DNA from: Candidatus Omnitrophota bacterium
GTDB taxonomy: Bacteria > Omnitrophota > Gorgyraeia > Ghiorseimicrobiales > Ghiorseimicrobiaceae
NCBI GenBank assembly: GCA_030681595.1
Contig: JAUXSB010000003.1
Span: 223,207 to 287,206, forward strand
Direction of reading: 5' to 3'
Length of the DNA stretch: 64,000 nt
In this document: positions 26,960 to 36,786 of the stretch, in pieces
Position numbering within the stretch: position 1 is the stretch's first letter
Layout: every line of letters starts with the position of its first letter
Position numbers and translations under genes: made by a program
Notes under the pieces: generated by a model
What the model saw: only the letters and a program-made list of their open reading frames with translations
Told to the model about the DNA's origin: nothing
The model's database searches: none

Positions 26960-27240
26960 AAATGAATCCGGTGATTTTAGAGCTTTTTTTGACGATTTTA
27001 GTAAAACATGCTAATAATTTTTTAGCGGGTGGCGAGGTTTGTGCTTTAAGAAATCCTCCACCTCACAAACTATATATTTTGCTGCGGGATCTGGAAAAGT
27101 GCATTAGAAAGCTTTCGGCAAAAGTGCGCAAGGAATTACGGCGAGTGAATGACGGAACTGACCGAAGGGAATTCCGTCAAATGAACGAGTCGTAAACCGT
27201 AGCGCCCGGCGAAAGATTTCAGCACGTGGACAGTATCCCG
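26960..27240. ncRNA. R1 copy B, located between a hypothetical gene and ruvB.
   Basis: The 5' box AAATGAATCCGGTGATTTTAGAGC lies at ~26960. The core spans 27101-27228: GCATTAGAAAGCTTTCGGCAAAAGTGCGCAAGG...GACGGAACTGACCGAAGGGAATTCCGTC...GATTTCAGCAC. Confidence 0.5.
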
Positions 27241-27254
27241 CAGCAAAGTATATA

Positions 27255-28322
27255 CTAAAACAACTCTTCCTGTTTCTCGTGTTTTATACCGAAATGTTCA
27301 AAGGCTGTCTTTGTGGCGAGGCGGCCACGCGAGGTACGCTTTAAAAATCCAGCTTTTAATAGGTATGGCTCTATTGTATCCACTAAAGTATCTATTTCCT
27401 CGTTTAAACTTGCCGCGAGCGATTCAACCCCGACCGGCCCGCCATTATAAAGTTCAATAATTGTCCTGAGTACCTTACGGTCGTATTCGTCTAAGCCTTT
27501 TTTATCTATGCCTAAAGAGGTAAGCGATTTTTCGGCTATCTCTTTTGTAATAACCTTCGCCCTATCTTTTACCTGCGCGTAATCGCGCACGCGCCGTAAG
27601 AGCCGGTTTGCAATGCGCGGCGTGCCGCGGGAGCGACGGGCAATCTCTAAAGCCGCGTCTTCTTCTACTTTTACGCCTAATAAATCCGCCGAGCGCTTAA
27701 TAATCGTGGCTAAATCCTCGGGCGGATAAAAATCAAAATGATAAAATATGCCAAATCGGGAACGCAGCGCTGAACTTAAAAGCCCGCTTCTGGTGGTAGC
27801 GCCGATTAAGGTAAAACGTTTTAAATTAAATTTTATTGTACGAGCGTAAGGCCCTTTATCTACGATAAAATCAATCTGCGAATTTTCCATTGCCGGATAC
27901 AAAAACTCCTCCACTACTTTAGACATACGGTGTATCTCGTCAATAAAAAGCACATCCCCTGTGTCTAAATTGGTAAGGATGCCGATTAAATCGCCGGCCC
28001 GCTCAATGGCAGGGCCGCTTGTGGCGGTAATCTTTGTGCCCATTTCATGGGCAATAATGTAAGAAAGAGCGGTTTTTCCTAATCCGGGAGGGCCGGATAA
28101 AAATACATGCTCCAGTGGTTCTTTACGTTCTTTAGCGGCAGTGATAGCAATTTTTAAACTTTCAACTATCTCGGCCTGCCCGACAAACTCGCTAAGTCTT
28201 CCCGGCCTAAGCGAAAGGTTTAAAACTATATCTTCCTCAGTCTCCTGCTTTAAAAGCAGTTCCGAAGGAAAAGAGCTATTTTCGGATGTACCTGTAAGTA
28301 TTTTTTTTCTTCCTGTGGGCAT
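27255..28322 (-). CDS. ruvB: Holliday junction branch-migration helicase RuvB.
   Basis: 355-aa AAA+ protein with the [10 protein letters not shown] Walker A motif and RuvB family sequence. Confidence 0.95.
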   Translation of the reverse strand: MPTGRKKILTGTSENSSFPSELLLKQETEEDIVLNLSLRPGRLSEFVGQAEIVESLKIAITAAKERKEPLEHVFLSGPPGLGKTALSYIIAHEMGTKITATSGPAIERAGDLIGILTNLDTGDVLFIDEIHRMSKVVEEFLYPAMENSQIDFIVDKGPYARTIKFNLKRFTLIGATTRSGLLSSALRSRFGIFYHFDFYPPEDLATIIKRSADLLGVKVEEDAALEIARRSRGTPRIANRLLRRVRDYAQVKDRAKVITKEIAEKSLTSLGIDKKGLDEYDRKVLRTIIELYNGGPVGVESLAASLNEEIDTLVDTIEPYLLKAGFLKRTSRGRLATKTAFEHFGIKHEKQEELF

Positions 28323-28348
28323 AAAAAATAAAATTACGGGCGAGCCGG

Positions 28349-29086
28349 CTATCTTTGTACCGGGACAGGGACGATATTTTCTTCATTACGGATAAGCTGG
28401 ATTCCGCCGAATAATTCTGACTGCACTATTTTTATTTCCTTAATTTTGATCAGCTCAAGGACCGCCAAGAACGTCGCGACAATCTCTAATTTGTTCTTGG
28501 CCCGGGCAAATAATTCAGAAAGCTCTAATCTCGGCTTTTCAAATAAAAGATGTAGAACCTCGTGGATTTTTTCTTCAACGGTAAACTCATCTTTGATGAC
28601 TTCATAAAATATATCCTTGGGAATATCTTTTAGGGCTTTAGAAAAAGCAGAAATTAATTCAAATAGACTGGCTTCAAAATAAACCTCTCCGGTTTCTTCG
28701 TCTTTTGCCTCAATTCTGCGGGTGAAAACATCCTGGCGTATTTTTTCGCGGCTCCTTAAGTGTTCGGCGGCCTCTTTAAAGCGTTTATACTCCAGGAGCT
28801 TCTCCACTAAATCTATCCTCGGGTCGTCCTGTTCTTCCTCGGCTTCTTCTGTGGGGTCGGGCGGAAGAAGCATCTTGGATTTTATATGCAATAAAGTCGC
28901 GGCAATCACCAAGAATTCGCCGGCGATATCTAAATCTAAAAGTTCCATCAATTCCAAATACTGCATATATTGGTCGGTAACTTCTGTCATGGGAATATCG
29001 TAGATATTAAGCTGGTCTTTTTTTATTAAGTAAAGCAATAAATCCAGCGGCCCTTCAAAAACCTGTAATTTAAGCTTATAGCTCAT
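28349..29086 (-). CDS. scpA: Segregation and condensation protein A.
   Basis: 245-aa protein with ScpA family sequence. Confidence 0.85.
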   Translation of the reverse strand: MSYKLKLQVFEGPLDLLLYLIKKDQLNIYDIPMTEVTDQYMQYLELMELLDLDIAGEFLVIAATLLHIKSKMLLPPDPTEEAEEEQDDPRIDLVEKLLEYKRFKEAAEHLRSREKIRQDVFTRRIEAKDEETGEVYFEASLFELISAFSKALKDIPKDIFYEVIKDEFTVEEKIHEVLHLLFEKPRLELSELFARAKNKLEIVATFLAVLELIKIKEIKIVQSELFGGIQLIRNEENIVPVPVQR

Positions 29087-29099
29087 TGGCCCTCGTTTT

Positions 29100-30080
29100 C
29101 TACAAACCCATTGCTTTTTTTACTTCCGCCATTACGATAGAGGTAACTTCCCGCGCTTTATTCTTTCCTCTATCTATTATATCTAAAATTTGCTGTTTGT
29201 CAGATAATAATTTTTTTCTCATTGACTGGATTGGGTTTAAGCGCTCAATTAAAATCGAGGCAAGCCTTTTTTTACACTCAGTACAGCCTATTCCTGCCGC
29301 ACGGCACTGCTTATCCACTTCTGCCTTAACTTCAGGCTTAAACACCGCATAATAGCTATGCACATTACAAATTTCGGGATGCCCCGGGTCAGACAGCTTT
29401 ATACGCGCGGGATCCGTAATCATCGACATAACCTTTTTCTGTATCGCATCCGGCGCATCAGAAAGATAAATGCAGTTACCGTAACTTTTAGACATCTTCC
29501 TTCCGTCTAAGCCTAAAAGGCGCGGAAAAGAAGTTAAAAGTGGCTGGGGAGCAATCAAGACATCCCTTTTATATAAACTATTAAAGCGGCGGGAAATTTC
29601 CCGGGTTAGTTCTAAATGCGGCAACTGGTCTTCTCCCACCGGGACAAATTCACCTTTATAAATCAAGATATCCGCCGCCTGTAAAACCGGATAACCCAAG
29701 AAACCGTAAGTAGTAATGTTTTTTTCCTCTAATTCTTTAAGCTGTTCTTTGTAGGTAGGGCATCTTTCAAGCCAACCCAAAGGGGCCAAACACGAAAGGA
29801 TAATAAACAAATCAAGGTGGGCGTTAACTTCTGACTGAATAAATATTGTGCTTTTTTCGCCTGATACACCGCAAGAAATCCAATCAACGACGTTATCAAT
29901 AATATTCTCTTTAATGGCAGAGGGCAAGGCATATTCGCTCATTAAAGCGTGCCAGTCGGCAACCATGAAAAAACATTCGTATTCTTCCTGGAGTTTCGCC
30001 CAGTTATTCAGCGCGCCGACTAAATGCCCCAAATGGAGTTTTCCTGTCGGGCGCATACCGCTTAAGACGCGTTTTTTCAT
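29100..30080 (-). CDS. trpS: Tryptophan--tRNA ligase.
   Basis: 326-aa class I aminoacyl-tRNA synthetase with HIGH (TGKLHLGH) and KMSKS motifs. Confidence 0.95.
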   Translation of the reverse strand: MKKRVLSGMRPTGKLHLGHLVGALNNWAKLQEEYECFFMVADWHALMSEYALPSAIKENIIDNVVDWISCGVSGEKSTIFIQSEVNAHLDLFIILSCLAPLGWLERCPTYKEQLKELEEKNITTYGFLGYPVLQAADILIYKGEFVPVGEDQLPHLELTREISRRFNSLYKRDVLIAPQPLLTSFPRLLGLDGRKMSKSYGNCIYLSDAPDAIQKKVMSMITDPARIKLSDPGHPEICNVHSYYAVFKPEVKAEVDKQCRAAGIGCTECKKRLASILIERLNPIQSMRKKLLSDKQQILDIIDRGKNKAREVTSIVMAEVKKAMGL

Positions 30081-30097
30081 TATCTCCCTATCAAAAA

Positions 30098-30275
30098 AAT
30101 AATGAAAATCTTTTAAAGCCGCACATTAGAAATTTTTCGGTAAAAGTGCGCAAGGAATTACGGCAACGACCCATCCTTCTCGGATGGGTACCCCGACGGA
30201 ACTGACCGAAGGGAATTCCGTCAAATGAATGAGCCGTAAACCGTAGCGCACGGCGAAAGATTTCAGTGCGGCGGA
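30098..30275. ncRNA. R1 copy C, located between infB and trpS.
   Basis: The 5' box is shortened to AATGAAAATCTTTTAAAGCC. The core spans 30121-30273 and contains an extra 35-nt hairpin insertion (CAACGACCCATCCTTCTCGGATGGGTACCCCGACG). Confidence 0.5.
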
Positions 30276-30291
30276 TAAAGATTTCCATTAT

Positions 30292-32511
30292 TTAAAGCTT
30301 CCTCGCAATCTTTTCTATCTCAAAAACTTCAATTACGTCTCCTACCTGATAATCGGTAAAACCGACGGCGGCCACGCCGCATTCTAAGCCTGCTTCAACT
30401 TCACGCACATCATCTTTGAAACGTTTAAGAGAAGAGAGCTTCCCTTCAAATACCGGCTCGCCGTTTCTTGTTATGCTTACGGTTGAAGAACGCATAATCT
30501 TTCCTTTTTGCACAAAACATCCGGCGATTAGGCCCGACTTGGTCAGGTTAAATACCTGCCGCACCACTAGATTGCCTATAAAAATCTTCTTTAGCTTCGG
30601 CTCAAGCAAGCCCTCGAGCGCTGTCCTTACTTCATTAATAGCTTCATAGATAACGGTATATGTCCTGATATCTATTTCTTCCTGGCGCGCTTTTTCCTTG
30701 GCTGCATCGTCTGCATCAATATGAAAACCGATAATGACTGCACTCGATGCCGCAGCCAAGACTACATCGGATACATTAACATTGCCTATCCCGGTATGAA
30801 TAAATTTAACCTGGACTTCATTCGTAGAGAGCTTACCTAAAGAATCTTGCAAGGCCCCCAAACTTCCCTGTACATCAGTTTTTAAAATAATGTTTAATTC
30901 CTTGATTTTCCCTTCCTTAATTTGGGAAGAGATATCTTCCAGGTTGATTCTTTTTATCTTCGGCTGTATTTTATTAAAGCGCGCTTCATCTTGCTTTTGC
31001 GAAGCGATGTCTCTTGCCTGTTTCTCGTCAGCCACTACATAAAAACGCTCTCCTGCTACCGGAACCCCTGATAAACCGTTTATTTCAACCGGTTTAGCGG
31101 GCGGCGCATGCTCAATGCGCCCGCCTAAATCATCAAACATCGCTTTTATCTTACCGTAAAACTGCCCGCAGATAATTACATCGGAAACATTGAGCGTTCC
31201 GTTCTGTACTAAAATGCTGGCAACTGAGCCCCTGCCTGGGCTTAATTTAGCATCAATAACGACCCCTGAAGCTTGCTTATCAAACTCAGCCTTTAATTCC
31301 AGCATTTCTGCTTCAAGCAAAATCATTTCCAATAGTTCATCAATGCCTTTACCGGTCTTAGCCGAAACCCCCACGGCAATAGTCTTGCCGCCCCAGTCTT
31401 CAGGAGTTAAGTCCGATTCGGAAAGCTGACGCTTGACTTTATCTAAATCGGCCTGCGGTTTATCAATTTTGTTGATAGCTACAATAATAGGGACATTAGC
31501 AGCCCTGGCATGGTCAATAGCTTCTTTAGTCTGGGGCATAAGGCCGTCATCTGCGGCGACCACTAAAACTACTATATCGGTAATATTAGCACCCCTTGCA
31601 CGCATCGCGGTAAAAGCCTCATGGCCGGGCGTGTCTAAAAAAGTAATTTTCCCCTTAGGAAGATTTACTTCATATGCTCCGATATGCTGGGTAATACCTC
31701 CGTGTTCTTTTTCGGCGACCTTGCTTTTTCTTATAGCATCCAAGAGCGAAGTCTTCCCGTGATCAACATGGCCCATAAAAGTAACGACCGGCGCACGCGG
31801 AAGAAGTAAACTCGAGTCCTTTTTCTCCGTATGCTCTTTGATTACCAATTCTTCCGCCGATAGCGCCTTTTTTAGTGCTATACCGAATTTTGCGCTTACC
31901 TTATTTGCCAGCTCTTCGTCCAAAAACTGATTAATATTAACCAATATACCGCTATCCATTAAAGTTTTAATAATCTCTGAGGGCTTGCGGTTTAATTTTA
32001 TGCTTAAATCTTTTACGGTAAGAGGAAACAACGCTTCCAGCTCTTTTATTTCTGCAAGCGGCTTCTCTAGTATCGCCTCTGGAACCACTTTTGGTTCTTT
32101 AATTTTACCGGGCGCTACGGCAACTTTCGAAGCCGGTTCTTTAGCCTTAGGTTCAGCCGCCCTGACATGGGCCTTTCCCTGTTCTTGTTTAGGCAAGGGT
32201 TTAACTTCCGGCTCAAGGCTAGGTTTTAAAACAGCCGGCTTAGAGACAAAAGGCATCGCCTCATGCGCTGGCTTTTTCTTCTTTTCCCCCAAAGATAAAG
32301 TAGGCTTTGCCGGCTCAAGGCTAGGCTTTAACAATTTTACCTGTTCCCCTACGGGCTTTGCCGCCTTTGTCTTCTTGGCTTTGAGAAGAGCAACTTTCGC
32401 TTTTTCTGAAGCTACCTTTTTTATCTTGAGAAACTCAGCACCAACGGATTTTTCTTTTTTAACAGACGCCGCTTTCTTTTTCTCCGCAGACGGCTTAGTG
32501 GTTTTAAGCAT
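30292..32511 (-). CDS. infB: Translation initiation factor IF-2.
   Basis: 739-aa protein with a Lys/Ala-rich N-terminus, a GTPase domain ([12 protein letters not shown]) and the IF-2 C-terminal domains. Confidence 0.95.
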   Translation of the reverse strand: MLKTTKPSAEKKKAASVKKEKSVGAEFLKIKKVASEKAKVALLKAKKTKAAKPVGEQVKLLKPSLEPAKPTLSLGEKKKKPAHEAMPFVSKPAVLKPSLEPEVKPLPKQEQGKAHVRAAEPKAKEPASKVAVAPGKIKEPKVVPEAILEKPLAEIKELEALFPLTVKDLSIKLNRKPSEIIKTLMDSGILVNINQFLDEELANKVSAKFGIALKKALSAEELVIKEHTEKKDSSLLLPRAPVVTFMGHVDHGKTSLLDAIRKSKVAEKEHGGITQHIGAYEVNLPKGKITFLDTPGHEAFTAMRARGANITDIVVLVVAADDGLMPQTKEAIDHARAANVPIIVAINKIDKPQADLDKVKRQLSESDLTPEDWGGKTIAVGVSAKTGKGIDELLEMILLEAEMLELKAEFDKQASGVVIDAKLSPGRGSVASILVQNGTLNVSDVIICGQFYGKIKAMFDDLGGRIEHAPPAKPVEINGLSGVPVAGERFYVVADEKQARDIASQKQDEARFNKIQPKIKRINLEDISSQIKEGKIKELNIILKTDVQGSLGALQDSLGKLSTNEVQVKFIHTGIGNVNVSDVVLAAASSAVIIGFHIDADDAAKEKARQEEIDIRTYTVIYEAINEVRTALEGLLEPKLKKIFIGNLVVRQVFNLTKSGLIAGCFVQKGKIMRSSTVSITRNGEPVFEGKLSSLKRFKDDVREVEAGLECGVAAVGFTDYQVGDVIEVFEIEKIARKL

Positions 32512-32537
32512 ATATTTTTCTCCGATAAGTTATGGAT

Positions 32538-33725
32538 TTATTTATCCATGAGCTTTTTTGCCTCTTTAATAAGTTTTAAAGCGGTTTTCTCTCCCACGCC
32601 TTTTACTTTCATCAAATCTTCCGCTGAAGCCGAAGCAATCGCGCCAACATCTTTAAATCCTGCTTCTTTTAAATTTTCTGCAGTTTTTTCACCCACTCCG
32701 GAAAGCTCCGATAAATCCACGCCGGCTTCTTCCTTTGCTTCTTCCTGCTCTTTTTTAGCTTCTTTGGCTATAGCCGCTTCCTTATGCATAGCCTTTGTAC
32801 GAATATCAATATTGTATCCGGTAAGGCGCGATGCTAAGCGCACGTTTTGCCCGCGCTTGCCTATAGCCAAAGATAATTGGTCATCATCTACGGTTATTCC
32901 GGCAGTTTTATTTGCTTTATCTATTTTCATTTCGGCTATCTTGGCAGGGCTTAATGCTCCGGAAATATAATCACGCGGCTCATCAGACCAACGCACAATG
33001 TCTATCTTTTCATTATGCAGTTCGCTGACAATATTTTTCACGCGCGCCCCCCGCATCCCTACGCAGGCGCCGACGCAATCTATTCTTTCATCTTTAGACC
33101 ATACGGCGATTTTAGTCCGCTCCCCGGAATCGCGCGCAATAGATTTTATCTCAACAATCCCTTCGTAAATCTCGGGAATTTCAATTTCAAAAAGCTTCCT
33201 TACCATATTCGGATGCGCCCGCGAAAGAATAATCTGCGGGCCGCGCGGCTCTTTTTTTACTTCTAAGACGTATGCTTTAATACGGTCACCCTGTTTAAAC
33301 ACATCTCCGGGGCACTGTTCACTATAAGGCAGGAATCCCTCGGCCTTACCCAATAAATCAACAATAATATTTTTTTTCTCAAAACGATAAACTGAACCGC
33401 TGACAATCTCTCCAATCTTTCCCTGGAAATCGGTAAAGATCACTTCTTTTTCTGCTTCGCGTATTTTTTGAATTATGATTTGTTTAGCAGTTTGTGCCGC
33501 GATACGGCCGAATGCCGGAGGATTTACCTCCTTATTATCAACAAAAACTTTTATCTGGCCGTTAGACTTGTCTAACTCTACCCTTACTTCCTGTTCCGGG
33601 CCCACATTAATTACTTTCTTGGCCGCGGATACAAGCGCTGTTTCAACCGCAGAAATCAATACATCCTTTTTAATTCCTCTTTCACGTTCTATATGCTCTA
33701 AAACTGCCAATATTTCCTGACTCAT
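32538..33725 (-). CDS. nusA: Transcription termination/antitermination factor NusA.
   Basis: 395-aa protein with S1 and KH domains and a C-terminal acidic repeat. Confidence 0.95.
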   Translation of the reverse strand: MSQEILAVLEHIERERGIKKDVLISAVETALVSAAKKVINVGPEQEVRVELDKSNGQIKVFVDNKEVNPPAFGRIAAQTAKQIIIQKIREAEKEVIFTDFQGKIGEIVSGSVYRFEKKNIIVDLLGKAEGFLPYSEQCPGDVFKQGDRIKAYVLEVKKEPRGPQIILSRAHPNMVRKLFEIEIPEIYEGIVEIKSIARDSGERTKIAVWSKDERIDCVGACVGMRGARVKNIVSELHNEKIDIVRWSDEPRDYISGALSPAKIAEMKIDKANKTAGITVDDDQLSLAIGKRGQNVRLASRLTGYNIDIRTKAMHKEAAIAKEAKKEQEEAKEEAGVDLSELSGVGEKTAENLKEAGFKDVGAIASASAEDLMKVKGVGEKTALKLIKEAKKLMDK

Positions 33726-33735
33726 TGCTCCCCCT

Positions 33736-34197
33736 TTAAAATATATTCCTTGCTTTATTAATATTACCCAACAATATACTTGCTTTTTCCCCGTTGTCTA
33801 ATTCCAAATCTATTTTCTCTTGATCTGAACCAATAAGGCAACCCGTAAGCTCTAATTTTCCGCATACCGGCCCTCTTAGAAAAACTCTTATTTTGCGGTT
33901 TAAGACACGCAGGAAATCATTTTCTGTTACTAAATTACGGTCAATACCCGGAGAAGAAACTTCTAAATTATAAGGCTCAGCTAATAACGCATTTTTATCT
34001 ACAAAATCCCTGATTTCCCTGTTTAATAGAGTGCAGCCTGCAAGGCTGATACCGCCTTCAGGCATATCAACCAAAAACGTTAAAAAAGTTTCTATCCCTC
34101 TTTGGTATAATTTCATATCTACCAATTCAAAACCTTTTTCCTGAATTAACGGCTCAAATATGTTTCTTAATTGTAAAATTCTTTCTTGCGGATTCAT
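33736..34197 (-). CDS. rimP: Ribosome maturation factor RimP.
   Basis: 153-aa protein at the conserved position upstream of nusA. Confidence 0.85.
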   Translation of the reverse strand: MNPQERILQLRNIFEPLIQEKGFELVDMKLYQRGIETFLTFLVDMPEGGISLAGCTLLNREIRDFVDKNALLAEPYNLEVSSPGIDRNLVTENDFLRVLNRKIRVFLRGPVCGKLELTGCLIGSDQEKIDLELDNGEKASILLGNINKARNIF

Positions 34198-34199
34198 AT

Positions 34200-35459
34200 T
34201 TATAGTTGCTCGAATTTCTTATTAATATATCCGGATGATTTTTTCAGTTGCGGATAAAATGAAGGTTTTGTGCCGGTTAAAATAAGCTCTGCGTTATCCT
34301 TGAAAACATCCCTCGGTAAAGAAAAAATATCGCGCAAGGCGTACTGGTCAGTTTTTTCTTTTCCGACTTCGGTAATATGGGTTATGCGGCGCAGGCCTTC
34401 GGAAGTACGTTCCATATGTACAATTAAATCCGCCGCAGAGATAATTTGGCGCATAATAACTTGACTGGATAAATTTGCCCCGCCCATTAAAGCCATAACT
34501 TCCATCCTGGACATCGCTTCTTCAGGAGCACTAGCATGCAAAGTAGTCATCGAGCCTTCATGGCCAGTATTCATCGCCTGCAGCATATCAAGAACCTCTT
34601 CTCCGCGTATCTCGCCGACAATAATCCTGTCCGGCCGCATATGTAAAGCGTTCCTAAGCAAATCCCGTATAGTTATCCCACCCTTGCCTTCAATATTGGC
34701 AAGCCTTGCCTCCAGGCGCACGACATGAGGCGATAAAGGCCTTAATTCTAAAGTGTCTTCAATAATAATGACACGCTCATTAGCCGGGATATAAGACGAC
34801 AGGACATTTAAAAGCGTTGTTTTTCCGCATGAGGTGCCGCCGGAAACAATAATATTTAACCGTGCAGAAACAGAAGCCTTAAGGAATTCTGCCGCTTCTT
34901 CAGTTAGAGTCTTAAAACCGATAAAATCCTGGATAGAAAAAACCTGATGCGAAAATTTATGTATGCTGATGACCGGCCCGCCTGAAGCCGTGGGAGCAAT
35001 AACTATATTTACCCTGAAACCGTCCTTAAGCCTTGCATCAACATATGTCTCGCTTTCATTAACGCGCCGCCCCAGCGGCGAGAGCATCCTCTCTATTAGT
35101 ATCATCAGTTCACGCTCAGTGCTAAAACGTATATCCGTTAATTCCAATTTACCATTACGCTCTATATATATCTGGCCAGGCCCATTCACCATAATTTCTG
35201 TAATAGATTCATCCGCGATTAAGCCCTCTAATACTCCAAGCCCCAGTATTTCATCTACGACTTCCTCAACAAGCTTCCTCTGATCTTCTGGAGAAAACGC
35301 AATCCCGCGCTCTCTTCTTAAGACAGCATTCGTAACTTCTAATGTCGCCCGGTGCAGCTCATCTTCGATAGCCTTGGAATTCTTCAGGAAAAAACTCGCG
35401 GGAAGGCGGCTATGCAGCTGCTCTTTAATTTTTTCCTTAAGTTTAAATCTTTCATCCAT
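34200..35459 (-). CDS. CpaF/TadA-family type II/IV secretion ATPase.
   Basis: 419-aa protein with a Walker A motif (GGTSCGKTT) and a CpaF-type core. No pilus or secretion partner genes are nearby. Confidence 0.75.
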   Translation of the reverse strand: MDERFKLKEKIKEQLHSRLPASFFLKNSKAIEDELHRATLEVTNAVLRRERGIAFSPEDQRKLVEEVVDEILGLGVLEGLIADESITEIMVNGPGQIYIERNGKLELTDIRFSTERELMILIERMLSPLGRRVNESETYVDARLKDGFRVNIVIAPTASGGPVISIHKFSHQVFSIQDFIGFKTLTEEAAEFLKASVSARLNIIVSGGTSCGKTTLLNVLSSYIPANERVIIIEDTLELRPLSPHVVRLEARLANIEGKGGITIRDLLRNALHMRPDRIIVGEIRGEEVLDMLQAMNTGHEGSMTTLHASAPEEAMSRMEVMALMGGANLSSQVIMRQIISAADLIVHMERTSEGLRRITHITEVGKEKTDQYALRDIFSLPRDVFKDNAELILTGTKPSFYPQLKKSSGYINKKFEQL

Positions 35460-36705
35460 CTCTTACCTCAAGCGTTTTTCTAATTTGTGCCGCGGCCGAA
35501 TCTTTACCGACAGCCACAATAATATTATCTCGGCGCTTTACGATTTCAAGCTTACCTTCATCTAAATTTTTTTCCCCAATAATAATTTTTACTGGTATAC
35601 CGATTAAATCCGCGTCTTTAAATTTTGCACCGGGGCGCTCATCGCGGTCATCCAATAAAACATTAAATTCACCGGATAAATCTTCATAAAGCTTAAACGC
35701 CAGCTCTTTGATCCTAGAATGCTCCATATTTAAAGGGATTATCAGTAAATCATAGGGGCTTACTTCCCGTGGCCATATTATACCATTTTTATCATAATTC
35801 TGCTCGATAATTGCGGCGATTAAACGGCTTACCCCTATACCGTAACAACCCATCACTATCGGCCTTATTTCGCCGCTTTTGCCGGCAAAAACCGCCTCCA
35901 GTGTTTTACTGTATTTTGTGCCTAATTTAAAAATATGGCCTACCTCAATTACGGTTTTTGTTTCTAACTTATTTTTGCAGTTAGGGCAATTCGTTAAGCC
36001 GTCTTCGGCGGTTTTAGCAAAATTGCACCCCGGGCATACTACTACCCTGTCTTCCCCGCTTAAAGCCTCCACCATAAATTCGCAGGATTCGCTGCCACCC
36101 ATTACGCCGCAGTCTGCCTGTGTAGAAAGAAAAGAAAGGCCGCACCTTTTAAATATCGTTTCATATGCAGCAAACATCTTGCGATAATTTTTATCCAAAC
36201 TATTTTCGTCAACATCAAAACTATAAGCATCTTTCATGATGAATTCGCAGGCCCGCATTACTCCAAACCGCGGCCTTAACTCATCGCGGTATTTAGTCTG
36301 AATCTGATAAAGCGTTACCGGTAACTGCCTATAGGAACGCACCTGATTTTTTACCAAATCTGTTATTACCTCTTCGTGGGTTGGGCCTAAACAGAGTTTT
36401 CTGCCGCGGCGGTCAGTGAACCTGATCATCGTCTCGCCCATTTGTTCGTCTCTGCCGGACTTGACCCATAATTCCTGCGGTTGCAGGCCCGGGAGTAAAA
36501 CCTCCTGCGCTCCTGTCTTATCCATTTCCTCGCGGATAATATTCTCGATATTTTTTAAAACTTTAAAGCCCAAAGGCAGATAGGAATACACTCCTGAAAC
36601 GAGCATGCGGATAAGGCTAGCTCTTAACATCAGCTTATGGCTAATGCTTTCTGCGGCCTCAGGCGCCTCCTTTAAAGTATGAATAAAACTTTCTGACCAA
36701 AGCAT
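35452..36705 (-). CDS. proS: Proline--tRNA ligase (short bacterial-type, without the INS editing domain).
   Basis: 417-aa class II core motifs with a CxxC...CxxC zinc-ribbon insert (CPGCNF...CPNCKN). Confidence 0.9.
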   Translation of the reverse strand: MLWSESFIHTLKEAPEAAESISHKLMLRASLIRMLVSGVYSYLPLGFKVLKNIENIIREEMDKTGAQEVLLPGLQPQELWVKSGRDEQMGETMIRFTDRRGRKLCLGPTHEEVITDLVKNQVRSYRQLPVTLYQIQTKYRDELRPRFGVMRACEFIMKDAYSFDVDENSLDKNYRKMFAAYETIFKRCGLSFLSTQADCGVMGGSESCEFMVEALSGEDRVVVCPGCNFAKTAEDGLTNCPNCKNKLETKTVIEVGHIFKLGTKYSKTLEAVFAGKSGEIRPIVMGCYGIGVSRLIAAIIEQNYDKNGIIWPREVSPYDLLIIPLNMEHSRIKELAFKLYEDLSGEFNVLLDDRDERPGAKFKDADLIGIPVKIIIGEKNLDEGKLEIVKRRDNIIVAVGKDSAAAQIRKTLEVRDG

Positions 36706-36786
36706 TTTTCCTCACTACGTTCGGAAGAAACCAGATACCAGTTGCCCGAAACCAGGAAATTCTGGCATCTGGTTACTGGTTTCTGG
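36706..36786 (-). promoter_or_regulatory. L3 leader element upstream of proS.
   Basis: Sense: GAAACCAGTAACCAGATGCCAG...CTGGTTTC...ACTGGTATCTGGTTTC, then GAGG and ATG. Confidence 0.45.

Noticed and set aside
30081-30291. A T-box leader upstream of trpS.
   Set aside because: No AATTAGGGTGGNACCGCG T-box sequence or specifier-loop architecture is present. The region is occupied by R1 copy C, which lies on the opposite strand.
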